Assembly (NCBI GenBank): GCA_016933415.1
Contig: JAFGAX010000024.1
Coordinates: forward strand, 6,861 to 70,860
Length of the DNA stretch: 64,000 nt
Direction: 5' to 3'
Source of the DNA: a bacterium
GTDB taxonomy: Bacteria > Zhuqueibacterota > QNDG01 > DTFT01
A program made the translations under genes and the position numbers. The notes under the pieces were generated by a model. The model made no database searches. It saw only the letters and a program-made list of their open reading frames with translations, and was not told the origin of the DNA. Positions 7,229-17,200 of the stretch are shown here, piece after piece (the first letter of the stretch is position 1; the number at the start of each line of letters is the position of its first letter).

Positions 7229-9033
7229 GAATACCCGACGAAAAAGTGCAGGAAATCCGAGAAGCGGTGAACATCGTCGACGTGGTTTCCCAGCACGTGC
7301 TGCTGAAACAGCGGGGACGGACGTTTGTCGGCCTGTGTCCCTTTCATCAGGAAAAGACGCCTTCCTTCACCGTGGACCCGGTGCGCGGATTTTATCACTG
7401 CTTCGGATGCAACGCCGGGGGGGACGCCTTTTCGTTCGTGATGAAAATGGAGAACGTCGGATTTCCGGAGGCCGTTAAATCCCTGGCGGAAAGGGCCGGC
7501 ATCCCCCTTCCGGTTTCAGACGGGAATGAGGCGCGCAGCCGGGAAATCGAGGACCTTTACCGGGCCAACCAGCTTGCGATGGAATTTTTCCGTTTCAGCC
7601 TGTGGCAGACCGACGAAGGCCGGCGGGCCAGGCAGTATATACTGGGGCGCGGTTTCGACCGGAAAACGCTGGATGCCTTCCAGGTCGGGTATTCGCCGGA
7701 CCGGTGGGACGGGCTGCTCAGCAAGGCGGAGTCCGCCGGGCTGCCGGCGGCCGTCCTGCACCGCGCGGGACTGGCCGTGCCGCGAAAGGAAGGCGGCGGC
7801 TACTACGACCGATTTCGGGGCCGCCTGATGTTTCCCGTGCTCAATTCGTCCGGCCGCCCGGTCGGATTCGGGGGCCGGCTGCTCGCGGCCTCGGACCAGT
7901 CCCCCAAGTACATCAACACGTCGGAATCGCCCGTGTATCAGAAAAGCCGGATTCTCTACGGACTTTTCCATGGCAAGGCCGGAATACGGCGCGAAGACCG
8001 CGCCCTGCTGGTCGAAGGTTACACGGACATGATGCGGATGGCCCAGGCCGGTTTCGACAATGCCGTGGCCTCCTCCGGAACGGCGCTGACCGAGGGCCAG
8101 GTGCGCCTGTTGTCGCAGTACGGCCGCAACGTGACTTTGGTTTTCGACGGTGATTCGGCCGGCCTGGCCGCGGCCCTCAGGGGAATCGATGTGGTGCTGG
8201 CCGGAGGCCTGCACGCGGACGTGGCCGTGCTCCCGAAAGGACTGGATCCGGATGTGTTTCTGCTCAAGCAGGGGGCCGAAGCCATGCGGCACATTCTGGA
8301 AAATTCGATGTCCTTCATCGATTTCAGGCTCAGCCGGATCCGGGAACGGACCGGAATCGCGTCCAGCCGGGATAAGGCCGAGGCCGCGCGAACGCTCCTC
8401 GCCACGGTTTCAAAAATTCGGGATCCGGTCGAGCGCCAGCTCACGGTCAAGGACGTCGCGGAAAAACTGGACATCCAGGAGGATCTGCTGATGCGGGAAC
8501 TGCCGCACCCGGCCCCGGTTCCGCAGCAGCGCAGTCTTCCTCCGGCGCCGGAGCCGGCGGTTCCCGGAAAGCGGGAAAAGGCCGAAGCAGGGCTTGTCGC
8601 TTTTCTGCTGTCCGGCGGGAGGGCCTGGGCCGGGCTGGCCTTCTCCGCGGTTCCGCCGGACCGTTTTGAGGGCCGTGAGACGGGCAGTCTGTACCGCGTC
8701 CTGCATGGCGAATACGAGGCGGGCCGCTGGCCCGATGCCGCGTCTCTGCTGGACCGGTTCCGGGACGACGAGAAAACAGCCGCGGTCCTGGCCCGGCTCG
8801 CTTCGGAAGAGGGTGAAAACGCATCGAAGCTTTCCCGTTTCGGACTGGACTGCGTGCTCCGGCTCATCGAACAGGACCACAGGCAGATTCTGGAATCCCT
8901 GCATAAAAAAATGAAAACAGCGGATCCGGCGGAGCGCGACGAGTTGACGAAGGAGTGGGTGCAAATCAGGAAAACCCTTGAGAATGCGAAGGTTGAGCTT
9001 GATTCCGAGTGGAAAAAAATTGTTGAATTTTGA
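7225..9033 (+). CDS. dnaG: DNA primase
   Basis: The ATG at 7225 overlaps the mutS2 TGA (ATGA). Zinc finger CPFHQEKTPSF..HCFGCNAGGD and TOPRIM LVEGYTDMM..VFDGDSAG. Confidence 0.93.
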   Translation: MRIPDEKVQEIREAVNIVDVVSQHVLLKQRGRTFVGLCPFHQEKTPSFTVDPVRGFYHCFGCNAGGDAFSFVMKMENVGFPEAVKSLAERAGIPLPVSDGNEARSREIEDLYRANQLAMEFFRFSLWQTDEGRRARQYILGRGFDRKTLDAFQVGYSPDRWDGLLSKAESAGLPAAVLHRAGLAVPRKEGGGYYDRFRGRLMFPVLNSSGRPVGFGGRLLAASDQSPKYINTSESPVYQKSRILYGLFHGKAGIRREDRALLVEGYTDMMRMAQAGFDNAVASSGTALTEGQVRLLSQYGRNVTLVFDGDSAGLAAALRGIDVVLAGGLHADVAVLPKGLDPDVFLLKQGAEAMRHILENSMSFIDFRLSRIRERTGIASSRDKAEAARTLLATVSKIRDPVERQLTVKDVAEKLDIQEDLLMRELPHPAPVPQQRSLPPAPEPAVPGKREKAEAGLVAFLLSGGRAWAGLAFSAVPPDRFEGRETGSLYRVLHGEYEAGRWPDAASLLDRFRDDEKTAAVLARLASEEGENASKLSRFGLDCVLRLIEQDHRQILESLHKKMKTADPAERDELTKEWVQIRKTLENAKVELDSEWKKIVEF

Positions 9034-9056
9034 ACAAAAATTGCGTATACTGGCTC

Positions 9057-9130
9057 GGGCCCATAGCTCAGTTGGTCAGAGCGGCGGACTCATAATCCGT
9101 TGGTCGGAGGTTCAAGTCCTCCTGGGCCCA
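9057..9130 (+). tRNA. tRNA with CAU anticodon (elongator tRNA-Met most likely; tRNA-Ile2 not excluded)
   Basis: 74-nt cloverleaf: acceptor GGGCCCA/TGGGCCC, D arm GCTC-AGTTGGTCA-GAGC, anticodon loop CTCATAA, T arm GGAGG-TTCAAGT-CCTCC, discriminator A. CCA is not encoded. It lacks the initiator features (C1:A72 mismatch, three G-C pairs in the anticodon stem). Confidence 0.9.
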
Positions 9131-9225
9131 CCGGATATTCGGACCAAAGCCGGAGGTTTTCTGGAGTGTGGGCGGACAAAGCCGAACAGGTCATTCCCTT
9201 TCTCCGATGATCGTACCGACACCAG

Positions 9226-9251
9226 TGCACTCCGAAGGAGTGCATTTTTTA
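9226..9251 (+). terminator. Intrinsic terminator ~95 nt after tRNA-Met
   Basis: Stem TGCACTCC (9226-9233) / GGAGTGCA (9237-9244) with a GAA loop, followed by T6. Confidence 0.75.
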
Positions 9252-9279
9252 TATACGGGGCGCCCCCAAGGAGGACGGT

Positions 9280-10005
9280 TTGAAACAGCTGATTGAGAGT
9301 CTCGTGATTTTACAGGAAATCGACACCCAGCTGCAGCGTCTCGAGGCGCTCAAGGGGGATCTTCCCAACCAGGTCCGGCATTTGAATCAGGAACTGGCCG
9401 AGGCAGAGAAGAACCTGGCTGACCAGGAACAGAAGCTGATGGAATGCCGGAAGGAAGCCGGCGTGAATGAGATAGAAATGAAGGCCCAGGAAGGCAAGCT
9501 GAAAAAATACCAGAGCCAGCTTTATGAAGTCAAGACCAACCGTGAATATGATGCGGTCACTCATGAAATCGAATCCGTGAAGACCGAGATCGGAAAGAAG
9601 GAGACCCGCCAGCTGGAACTGATGGAATGGGTCGAGTCCGGCCAGAAAACCGTCGAGGAACTGAAGGCCAGCATGGAGAAGCTCCGGCAGGAATTCGAGC
9701 GGAAAAAAGCCGATCTTCAGAAGAAACAGGAAGCCACGGAACGGGACGAAATCGAACTGAAGGACAAGCGCGACAAGGCCCTGAGAGGCATGGATCCCAA
9801 GCGTCTGGCCGCCTACGAACGGATCCGCCGCGCCAAGAACGGGCTGGCCATGGTGCCGGTCGTGCGGAACGCATGCGGCGGATGCCGGAAAAAGCTTCCG
9901 CCCCAGCGCGTTCTCGAGATCCGCGAAGGGGAAAAGCTGTTCCTCTGCGATGTCTGCGGCCGCATGCTGATCTGGGACGAAAAACTCTCCGAACAGTCCG
10001 AATGA
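9280..10005 (+). CDS. C4-type zinc-ribbon / coiled-coil protein (COG1579, DUF164-like)
   Basis: 241 aa with a TTG start after AAGGAGG. Long coiled coil, then C-terminal CGGC...CDVCGR. Confidence 0.8.
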   Translation: MKQLIESLVILQEIDTQLQRLEALKGDLPNQVRHLNQELAEAEKNLADQEQKLMECRKEAGVNEIEMKAQEGKLKKYQSQLYEVKTNREYDAVTHEIESVKTEIGKKETRQLELMEWVESGQKTVEELKASMEKLRQEFERKKADLQKKQEATERDEIELKDKRDKALRGMDPKRLAAYERIRRAKNGLAMVPVVRNACGGCRKKLPPQRVLEIREGEKLFLCDVCGRMLIWDEKLSEQSE

Positions 10006-10472
10006 TCGCTTCTATACCGACAGAAAATCCCCCGCGCAGCGGGGCCGCGGGGGGCTTCAACTGCGTCGCCTACATCGACGGATCCTGTTTCGGGAATCCG
10101 GGCGAATCCGGATGCGGCGTCGTTCTGAAAAAGGAGTCGGGCGAACTGGTCGAAAAAGCGGGGATCTACCTGGGCCATGCCACCAACAATGTGGCGGAAT
10201 ACCAGGGGCTCCTTCTCTGCCTGGAAATGGCCGGCCGTCACGGTGTCGAATCGCTGACCGTGTATTCCGACAGCGAACTGCTGGTGCACCAGGTCAACGG
10301 CCGCTATCGGATCAAAAAACCGCATCTGGCGGAACTGCATGACCGGGTCCGGGCCGCACTCGCGGACGGAGGGTTCCAGTTTCAGATCCGGCATGTGCCG
10401 CGGGAACAGAACGGAGAAGCCGACGGACTGGCCCGTCAAGCCATCCGCAGCCGTTCCCGCATCGGTTCATAG
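10002..10472 (+). CDS. rnhA: Ribonuclease H (type 1)
   Basis: The ATG at 10002 overlaps the upstream TGA (ATGA). Carries YIDGSCFGNPG, NNVAEYQGLL, YSDSELLV and N..AD motifs, matching the RNase H DEDD catalytic pattern. Confidence 0.88.
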   Translation: MIASIPTENPPRSGAAGGFNCVAYIDGSCFGNPGESGCGVVLKKESGELVEKAGIYLGHATNNVAEYQGLLLCLEMAGRHGVESLTVYSDSELLVHQVNGRYRIKKPHLAELHDRVRAALADGGFQFQIRHVPREQNGEADGLARQAIRSRSRIGS

Positions 10473-10479
10473 AGAATTC

Positions 10480-10886
10480 AACCGGCGGCGGAGCGGGTGA
10501 TCGCCTTCCGTCCTGCTTGCAGGCGGGGGGAGGAAAGTCCGAACTTCGCAGGGTAAAGTGCTCCGGAAATCGGAGGCGTCCCGGAAACGGGGCGACGGAC
10601 AGTGCCACAGAAAACACACCGCCTTCCGGCCGCGGGCTTCGGTCCGGGGCCGTACGGTAAGGGTGAAAAGGCGAGGTAAGAGCTCACCGGTCCGGCGGCG
10701 ACGCCGGATGCAAGGCAAACCCCACTTGAAGCAAGGCCAAATAGGCGGGGAATCGGGAACCGGCGCGAGCCGGCGCCCGGCCGAAGCGACCCGTTTCGTC
10801 CGACCCGCGGGTAGGCCGCATAGATCAATGATCACCCTTCCAATCCGTTGGAAGACAGAATTCGGCTTACAGCTTCGCCGCCGGTT
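10480..10886 (+). ncRNA. rnpB: RNase P RNA, bacterial type A
   Basis: Conserved blocks GGAGGAAAGTCCG, ACAGAAAACACACCGCC, GGTAAGGGTGAAA..GGTAAGAGCTCACC, GCAAGGCCAAATAGG, GGGTAGGCCGCATAGATCAATGA and ACAGAATTCGGCTTAC. P1 pairs AACCGGCGGCGGAGC (10480-10494) with GCTTCGCCGCCGGTT (10872-10886). Confidence 0.95.
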
Positions 10887-10912
10887 TGTTACCCACGAAG
10901 GGAATCGGATTC

Positions 10913-12607
10913 ATGCCCCATTGGCTCATCGCCGGTGATTCACTTCCTGAAGTGCATCAGGAATTCACGCAGGGACTCGGACTTCCGCCGGTCGTTTCGA
11001 AGATCCTGATCAACCGGGGCATCCACAGCCGGGAGCAGGCTCGAAAGTTCTTCAAGCCGGGCTGGGAGGACCTCTACGATCCGTTTCTGATCAGGGACAT
11101 GGACAAGGCGGTGGATCGTCTGTCCCGCGCGGTCAGAAGTGGTGAACGCATCCTCATTTACGGCGACTACGATGTCGACGGCATCACGTCGGTCAGCCTG
11201 CTGTATCTCTTCATCCTGAAAATCGGCGGAAACGTCGGATTCTACATTCCGGACCGGCTGAAGGAGGGATACGGCCTTTCCGTCGCGGGCGTCACGCAGG
11301 CCGCGGCGGAGGGCGCCACGCTGCTTGTCACCGTGGACTGCGGCATCACGGGCATCGAGGAAATCCGGATGGCCCGCGGACTGGGGCTCGACGTCATTGT
11401 CAGCGACCACCACGAACAGGCGAATGCGCTCCCGGAAGCGGCCGCCATCCTGAATCCGAAGCGGAACGACTGCACCTATCCCTTCAAGGAACTGGCCGGC
11501 GTGGGCGTCGCCTTCAAGTTCGTTCAGGCCATGTGCCTGCGTCTCGGGCTCGAGGATGAAGCGGCCCAGCAGTACATCGACCTGGTGGCGCTCGGCAGCG
11601 CCGCGGACATCGTCCCGCTGGTCGACGAGAACCGCGTTCTGGTGAAGCTCGGCATGGATCGGATGAACCGGCTCGAGCGGCCCGGCATACGGGCGCTGGC
11701 CGAGACATCCGGCATACTGGGCAAGCCGATCGGGACGGGGCAGGTGGTCTTCATCCTGGCGCCGCGGATCAACGCGGTCGGCCGGCTCGGCAACGCGCAG
11801 AAAGCCGTGGAACTGCTGATTTCAGGATCCGAGGAGGAGTCCCGGGCCGGGGCCCGGGTGCTCGAGGCGGAAAACCGGAACCGGAAGAACCTCGACGACA
11901 TGACATTTCAGCAGGCCCGGGAGCTGATCGAAACAGAGGGCCGTCTGGCCTCCTGCCGGACTCTGGTGCTCGCGAAGGAGGGGTGGCATCCGGGCGTGAT
12001 CGGCATCGTGGCGTCCCGAATCGTGGAGCAGTACGGCAGACCCACGGTCATGATCGCACTGGACGGCGACACCGGCAAAGGGTCGGCCCGGAGCATCGCG
12101 AGTTTCGACATCCATTCCGCGCTCAAGCAATGCGAGGATCTGATGGAGAGCTTCGGCGGGCACCAGCACGCGGCCGGACTGCTGATCCGTCAGGATTGCA
12201 TCGAGCCGTTCCGCGAGCGGTTCGAGCGGATCGCCGCCGAACGGATAGGGGAGGACGACCTGACCCAGCGGATCCAGATCGACGCCGAGATCACGCTTCC
12301 GGACATCACCGACCGGTTCGTCCGCCTGCTCGACGGTTTCGCGCCATTCGGTCCGCAGAACATGCGGCCCGTTTTTCTGGCGAGGAACCTGAACGTGGTG
12401 GGAAGCCCGCGCGTGGTCGGACGCAACCACCTGAAATTCAAAGTGCGGCAGGGCGGCGAAGTGCATGACGCCATCGGATTCGATCTGGGCGACCTCATCT
12501 ACCGTCTGTCGCCCGGCGATTCCAACCTGGACATGGTGTTCGTGGTGGAGGAGAATCACTGGAACAACGAGGTCCGCACACAGCTGAGGGTGAAGGACCT
12601 CCGTTGA
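10913..12607 (+). CDS. recJ: Single-stranded-DNA-specific exonuclease RecJ
   Basis: DHH-family motifs YGDYDVDGITS, TVDCG, VSDHHE and GGHQHAAG. An ATG at 10913 is preferred because the track start (TTG 10886) would lie inside rnpB. Confidence 0.92.
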   Translation: MPHWLIAGDSLPEVHQEFTQGLGLPPVVSKILINRGIHSREQARKFFKPGWEDLYDPFLIRDMDKAVDRLSRAVRSGERILIYGDYDVDGITSVSLLYLFILKIGGNVGFYIPDRLKEGYGLSVAGVTQAAAEGATLLVTVDCGITGIEEIRMARGLGLDVIVSDHHEQANALPEAAAILNPKRNDCTYPFKELAGVGVAFKFVQAMCLRLGLEDEAAQQYIDLVALGSAADIVPLVDENRVLVKLGMDRMNRLERPGIRALAETSGILGKPIGTGQVVFILAPRINAVGRLGNAQKAVELLISGSEEESRAGARVLEAENRNRKNLDDMTFQQARELIETEGRLASCRTLVLAKEGWHPGVIGIVASRIVEQYGRPTVMIALDGDTGKGSARSIASFDIHSALKQCEDLMESFGGHQHAAGLLIRQDCIEPFRERFERIAAERIGEDDLTQRIQIDAEITLPDITDRFVRLLDGFAPFGPQNMRPVFLARNLNVVGSPRVVGRNHLKFKVRQGGEVHDAIGFDLGDLIYRLSPGDSNLDMVFVVEENHWNNEVRTQLRVKDLR

Positions 12608-12829
12608 CGCGGGCCGGATCCGATCCGTCCGGGTCGCGGACGACGGGAGGCGTGGATCGTTTCGCGGTTCAGGGATGTTTCCGGACAAATCGCGGAGGAA
12701 CCCGTCGCGGAGGGCGGACGTTTTATATATAGAAGTAAAGAAGCGAATTGGACGGCGAACGCAAGTGACTCGGCGGAGGCCGGGCAGCGCGGGATGCGCC
12801 CGCCGGCCGAGGCAATCAGGAGGTCTGTC

Positions 12830-13750
12830 ATGCCTTTCGATGAATCCCTGAAAATCTGGAAGAACGGGAAGCTGGTCCCGTGGCCCGAGGCCACGCTTCA
12901 TATCGCCTCACACGTCGTGCATTACGGATCCAGTGTATTCGAAGGCATACGATGCTACGCGACGGACAAGGGATCCGCGATCTTCCGTCTCGAAGACCAC
13001 ATCCGGCGGCTCCACGACTCCGCGAAGATATACCGGATGCCGATTCCCTTTTCCGAAAAGGAGACCGTCGACGCGTGCGTCCAGGTGGTCCGGTCCAACG
13101 GGCTGAAGGAGGCGTATATCCGGCCCGTCGCCTGGCGCGGATACGGGGCGCTCGGCGTGGATCCCTCCGTCTGCCCGGTGGACCTTGCCGTTCTGGCCTG
13201 GCAATGGGGTGCATACCTGGGACAGGAGGCTCTGGAAAACGGCGTGGATGTATGCGTCTCCACCTGGCGGCGGCCGGCGCCGAACACCCTGCCGACCCTG
13301 GCCAAGGCGGGCGCCAATTACATGAATTCCCAGCTGATTAAGATGGAAGCCAAGGCCAACGGCTTCTCGGAGGGGATCGCGCTGACCGTGAACGGCCAGT
13401 TGTCCGAGGGCAGCGGTGAGAATCTGTTTGTGGTGCGCGGAGGCCGCATGCTCACCCCGCCCCTTTCCGCCTCCATCCTGCCCGGCCTGACGCGCGACTC
13501 CGTCATGACCCTGGCGGCGGAACTGGGCATCGCGGTGTCTGAGGAACCCCTGCCGAGGGAGATACTCGCGGTCGCGGATGAGGCGTTTTTCACGGGCACC
13601 GCGGCCGAGGTCACGCCGATCCGTTCAGTGGACCGCATCCCGGTCGGGAACGGGAAACGCGGGCCGGTCACGGCCGCGATCCAGTCGCGGTTTTTCGACC
13701 TGATTCACGGGAAGGCGGCGGATTCCCATTCATGGCTTCACTTCATTTGA
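12830..13750 (+). CDS. ilvE: Branched-chain amino acid aminotransferase (class IV)
   Basis: ATG at 12830 after AGGAGG. Carries [19 protein letters not shown] and EGSGENLF motifs. Confidence 0.92.
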   Translation: MPFDESLKIWKNGKLVPWPEATLHIASHVVHYGSSVFEGIRCYATDKGSAIFRLEDHIRRLHDSAKIYRMPIPFSEKETVDACVQVVRSNGLKEAYIRPVAWRGYGALGVDPSVCPVDLAVLAWQWGAYLGQEALENGVDVCVSTWRRPAPNTLPTLAKAGANYMNSQLIKMEAKANGFSEGIALTVNGQLSEGSGENLFVVRGGRMLTPPLSASILPGLTRDSVMTLAAELGIAVSEEPLPREILAVADEAFFTGTAAEVTPIRSVDRIPVGNGKRGPVTAAIQSRFFDLIHGKAADSHSWLHFI

Positions 13751-13794
13751 CGCGGCGCCGCGGGGCGGCCGCGGTCCGGGGCGCGGGATAAAGC

Positions 13795-14241
13795 ATGGGA
13801 ATCAGACGCAAAGCCCGGGAGCTGGTGCTTCAGGGCATGTACGCCTGGGAGATGAACCGGGACCGGTTCGATTCCCTGATCGAATCGTTTTCCGAGGACC
13901 TGCCCGGGGATCCGGACACCGCGGAGTTCGCGGCTTCGCTCCTGAGGAAGACGGTGCGGAACCAGGAGGAGCTGGACACGGACATCCAGTCCGCGGCGCA
14001 GAACTGGGACCTGGGCCGCATGGCGCTGATCGACCGGCTGATCCTCCGCCTCGCCCTGGCCGAGCTTCTGCACTTCGAGGAGATTCCGCCCAAAGTGACG
14101 ATCAACGAGGCCATTGATCTCGCGAAGAAGTTCAGCACCGAGAACAGCGGCACTTTTGTCAACGGCATTCTCGACGCGCTGTACCGCCGGTACAGGCAGG
14201 AGAACCGCATCCGGAAAACGGGAAGGGGCCTTCTGGACTGA
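13795..14241 (+). CDS. nusB: Transcription antitermination factor NusB
   Basis: 148 aa, including ARELVLQGMYAWEM, DR..LRLALAEL and INEAIDLAKKFS. Confidence 0.92.
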   Translation: MGIRRKARELVLQGMYAWEMNRDRFDSLIESFSEDLPGDPDTAEFAASLLRKTVRNQEELDTDIQSAAQNWDLGRMALIDRLILRLALAELLHFEEIPPKVTINEAIDLAKKFSTENSGTFVNGILDALYRRYRQENRIRKTGRGLLD

Positions 14242-14285
14242 CCCCGTCCCGCCGGAGCGTCCCGGCTTTTCCATTGGAGACCCAC

Positions 14286-17200
14286 ATGTTCGGCAAATTG
14301 TTCGAGGCCATTTTCGGAAGCAAACACACCCGCGACGTTCAGCGGCTGACCCCGATTGTCGCTGAAATCAACCGCCTGGGCCCGTCGATCCGGCCGCTGA
14401 GCGACGAACAGCTCCGGGCCAAGACGGACGCGTTCCGGGCGACCATCGCGGAAAAGGTCGGGTCGATACGGGATTCCGTCCGGGACCTGCACGGCCGCCT
14501 CATCGCGGGCGCGGTCTCGGGCGAAGTCGATTTTTACGAGATCCGCAAGCAGATCGAGGCGCTGGAGAAGGAGGAGTTCGAAAAGACCCGGGAAGTCCAG
14601 TGGGAAATTCTGCCCGAAGCGTTCGCCGTGGTCCGCGAGACCTGCCGCAGGCTGGTCGGAAAGACGTGGAAGGTCGTGGGACGCGATGTGATCTGGGACA
14701 TGGTCCCTTTCGACGTACAGCTGCTGGGCGGCATCGTGCTCCACGAGGGCAAGATCGCCGAAATGGGCACCGGCGAGGGCAAGACGCTGGTCGCCACCAT
14801 GCCGCTCTATCTCAATGCCCTGGTCGGCAAAGGTGCGCACCTCGTGACCGTGAACGACTACCTGGCCCGCCGCGACTGCGAGTGGATGGGCGAGATATTC
14901 AAGTTCCTCGGCCTGACCGTGGACTTCATCACCAACGACATGGAACCCGAATCGCGGCGGCGCGCGTACCGGGCGGACATCACGTACGGCACGAACAATG
15001 AATTCGGATTCGACTACCTGCGCGACAACATGTCCATCTCTCCTGAGACCGTCGTGCAGCGGGGGCACTATTTCGCGATTATCGACGAGGTCGACTCCGT
15101 GCTCATCGACGAGGCGCGGACGCCCCTGATCATTTCCGGTCCTGTCGGCGAATCGTCCAACAAGTTCGCCGAGATGAAGCCAAAGGTCGAACAGCTGGTG
15201 AAGAACCAGACGGTTCTGGCCAACGGACTGATGGCCGAGGCGGAGCGCCTGCTGGCCGAGGGGCAGGAATACGAGGCCGGCATCAAGCTCCTCCAGGCCC
15301 AGCGGGGCGCGCCCGTCAACAAGCGTCTTGTCAAGCTGAAGCACGAGCCGGGCACCCAGAAGCTCATTCGCCGCGTGGAGGCGGATTACATGCGCGACCG
15401 CCGGATCCCGGAGATCGACGCCGCGCTATTCTTCGCCATAGACGAAAAGGCGCATACCATTGACCTCACGGACAAGGGCCGCGAGGCCCTGTCGCCGGGC
15501 AACCCGGCCCTGTTCGTGGTCCCCGACCTCGCCACCGAGCTGTCGAAGATCGATGAGGACGAAACCCTGCCCGAATCCGAGAAGGCCCTGCGGAAGGACG
15601 CGGTTCAGAACGAGTACATCGAAAAGAGCGAGCGGCTGCACAACATCAGCCAGCTCCTCCGGGCGTACTCGCTGTTCGAAAAGGACGTTGATTACGTGGT
15701 GTCCGAAGACCACAAGGTCATGATCGTAGACGAATTCACCGGCCGGCTCATGCCGGGCCGGCGGTATTCCGACGGTCTGCACCAGGCGCTCGAAGCCAAG
15801 GAAGGCGTGACGATCGAGCGGGAGACGCAGACGCTCGCCACGATCACGCTCCAGAATTTTTTCCGTCTGTACCGGAAGCTCGCCGGCATGACCGGAACCG
15901 CGGAGACCGAGGAGGGCGAGTTCTGGGAGATCTACAAGCTCGATGTGGTCGTGATCCCCACGAACGAGCCCATCCGCCGGGAGGACTATGACGACGTGGT
16001 CTACCGGACGAAGCGTGAGAAGTACAACGCCATCATCGACGAGATCGCCGAGATCCACGGACAGGGTCTGCCCGTACTGGTGGGCACCATTTCGGTCGAG
16101 GTTTCGGAAACGCTGTCGCGCATGCTCAAACGGCGTGGCATCCGGCATTCGGTGCTGAACGCCAAGTACCACAAACAGGAAGCGGAAATCGTCTCCATGG
16201 CCGGAGAGCCGGGCATGGTCACCATCGCCACGAACATGGCCGGACGCGGAACGGACATCAAGCTGGGCCGCGGAGTGATTCTCTTCCCGGACGAGAGAGT
16301 CGCCGAAATGGTTGAGAAGGCGGCCTCCCTTCAATCCCGCGGCCGGACCGTCTTCATCCATGAGCTGCCCGCCGAGAACGCGGCGGACGTCTCGAAGAAG
16401 CTGGCGGAGCGCGGCATCCGCGTCCGCACGCCGGGCTCGGCCGCGGAGAAGCAGGCCCTGCTCAGCGGGGAATCGGCCGCGGACGGCGCGATCGTCGTCA
16501 TCCCCAGAGACCTGGCCGCCCCCGCGGACAGCCGCACGATCCGCGAGGGCGTCGAACACATCAAGGCCAGGGATTTCGGCGACGGCGGCCTCCAGATCCT
16601 CGGAACCGAGCGGCACGACGCCCGGCGCATCGACCGCCAGCTCCGCGGGCGTTCCGGCCGCCAGGGCGACCCGGGCGCCACGCGCTTCTATCTCTCCCTC
16701 GAGGATGAACTCATGCGGCTGTTCGGATCGGATCGGATCGCAGGGGTCATGGACCGGCTCGGGGTCGAGGAGGGGGAGGTCATCACCCATCCCATGATCA
16801 CCCGATCCATCGGCCGCGCGCAGAAACGCGTCGAAATGCGGAACTTCGACATCCGCAAGCATCTGCTCGAATACGACGACGTGATGAACAAACAGCGCGA
16901 AGTCATCTACAAGCGAAGGAACCGCGCCCTGGAGGGCGAAAACCTCCAGGAGGACATCATCGAGATGATCGAGGACACGTCGGCCCAGATCGTCGACGAG
17001 CGCGCCGCGGAAGCGGAACACGCGGGATGGGACCTGGCCGGCCTGCGCGAGGCGCTCGTGAAGGCGATGCTTCTGCCCCTGTCGGAACCCGACGCTGATC
17101 TGGCCGGACTGAAGCCCGAAGAGATGGTCTCGGCCGTGACATCCGCGGCCGTGAAGGCCTACAGGCGCAAACGGGAAATGGTCGGACCCGAGATGATGGC

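Noticed and set aside
12608-12829. 220-bp GC-rich leader upstream of ilvE, considered as a possible T-box or attenuator
   Set aside because: I could not find a T-box consensus, a specifier-loop architecture, a branched-chain leader peptide or a convincing terminator/antiterminator pair.
16270-16585. About 105-aa insertion in SecA between GRGTDIKLG and GGLQILGTERH, and the overall 1127-aa length
   Set aside because: The insertion falls in the known variable subdomain of the second nucleotide-binding fold. Long SecA proteins of about this size are normal in Bacteroidetes-like lineages. I do not consider it a novel fusion.
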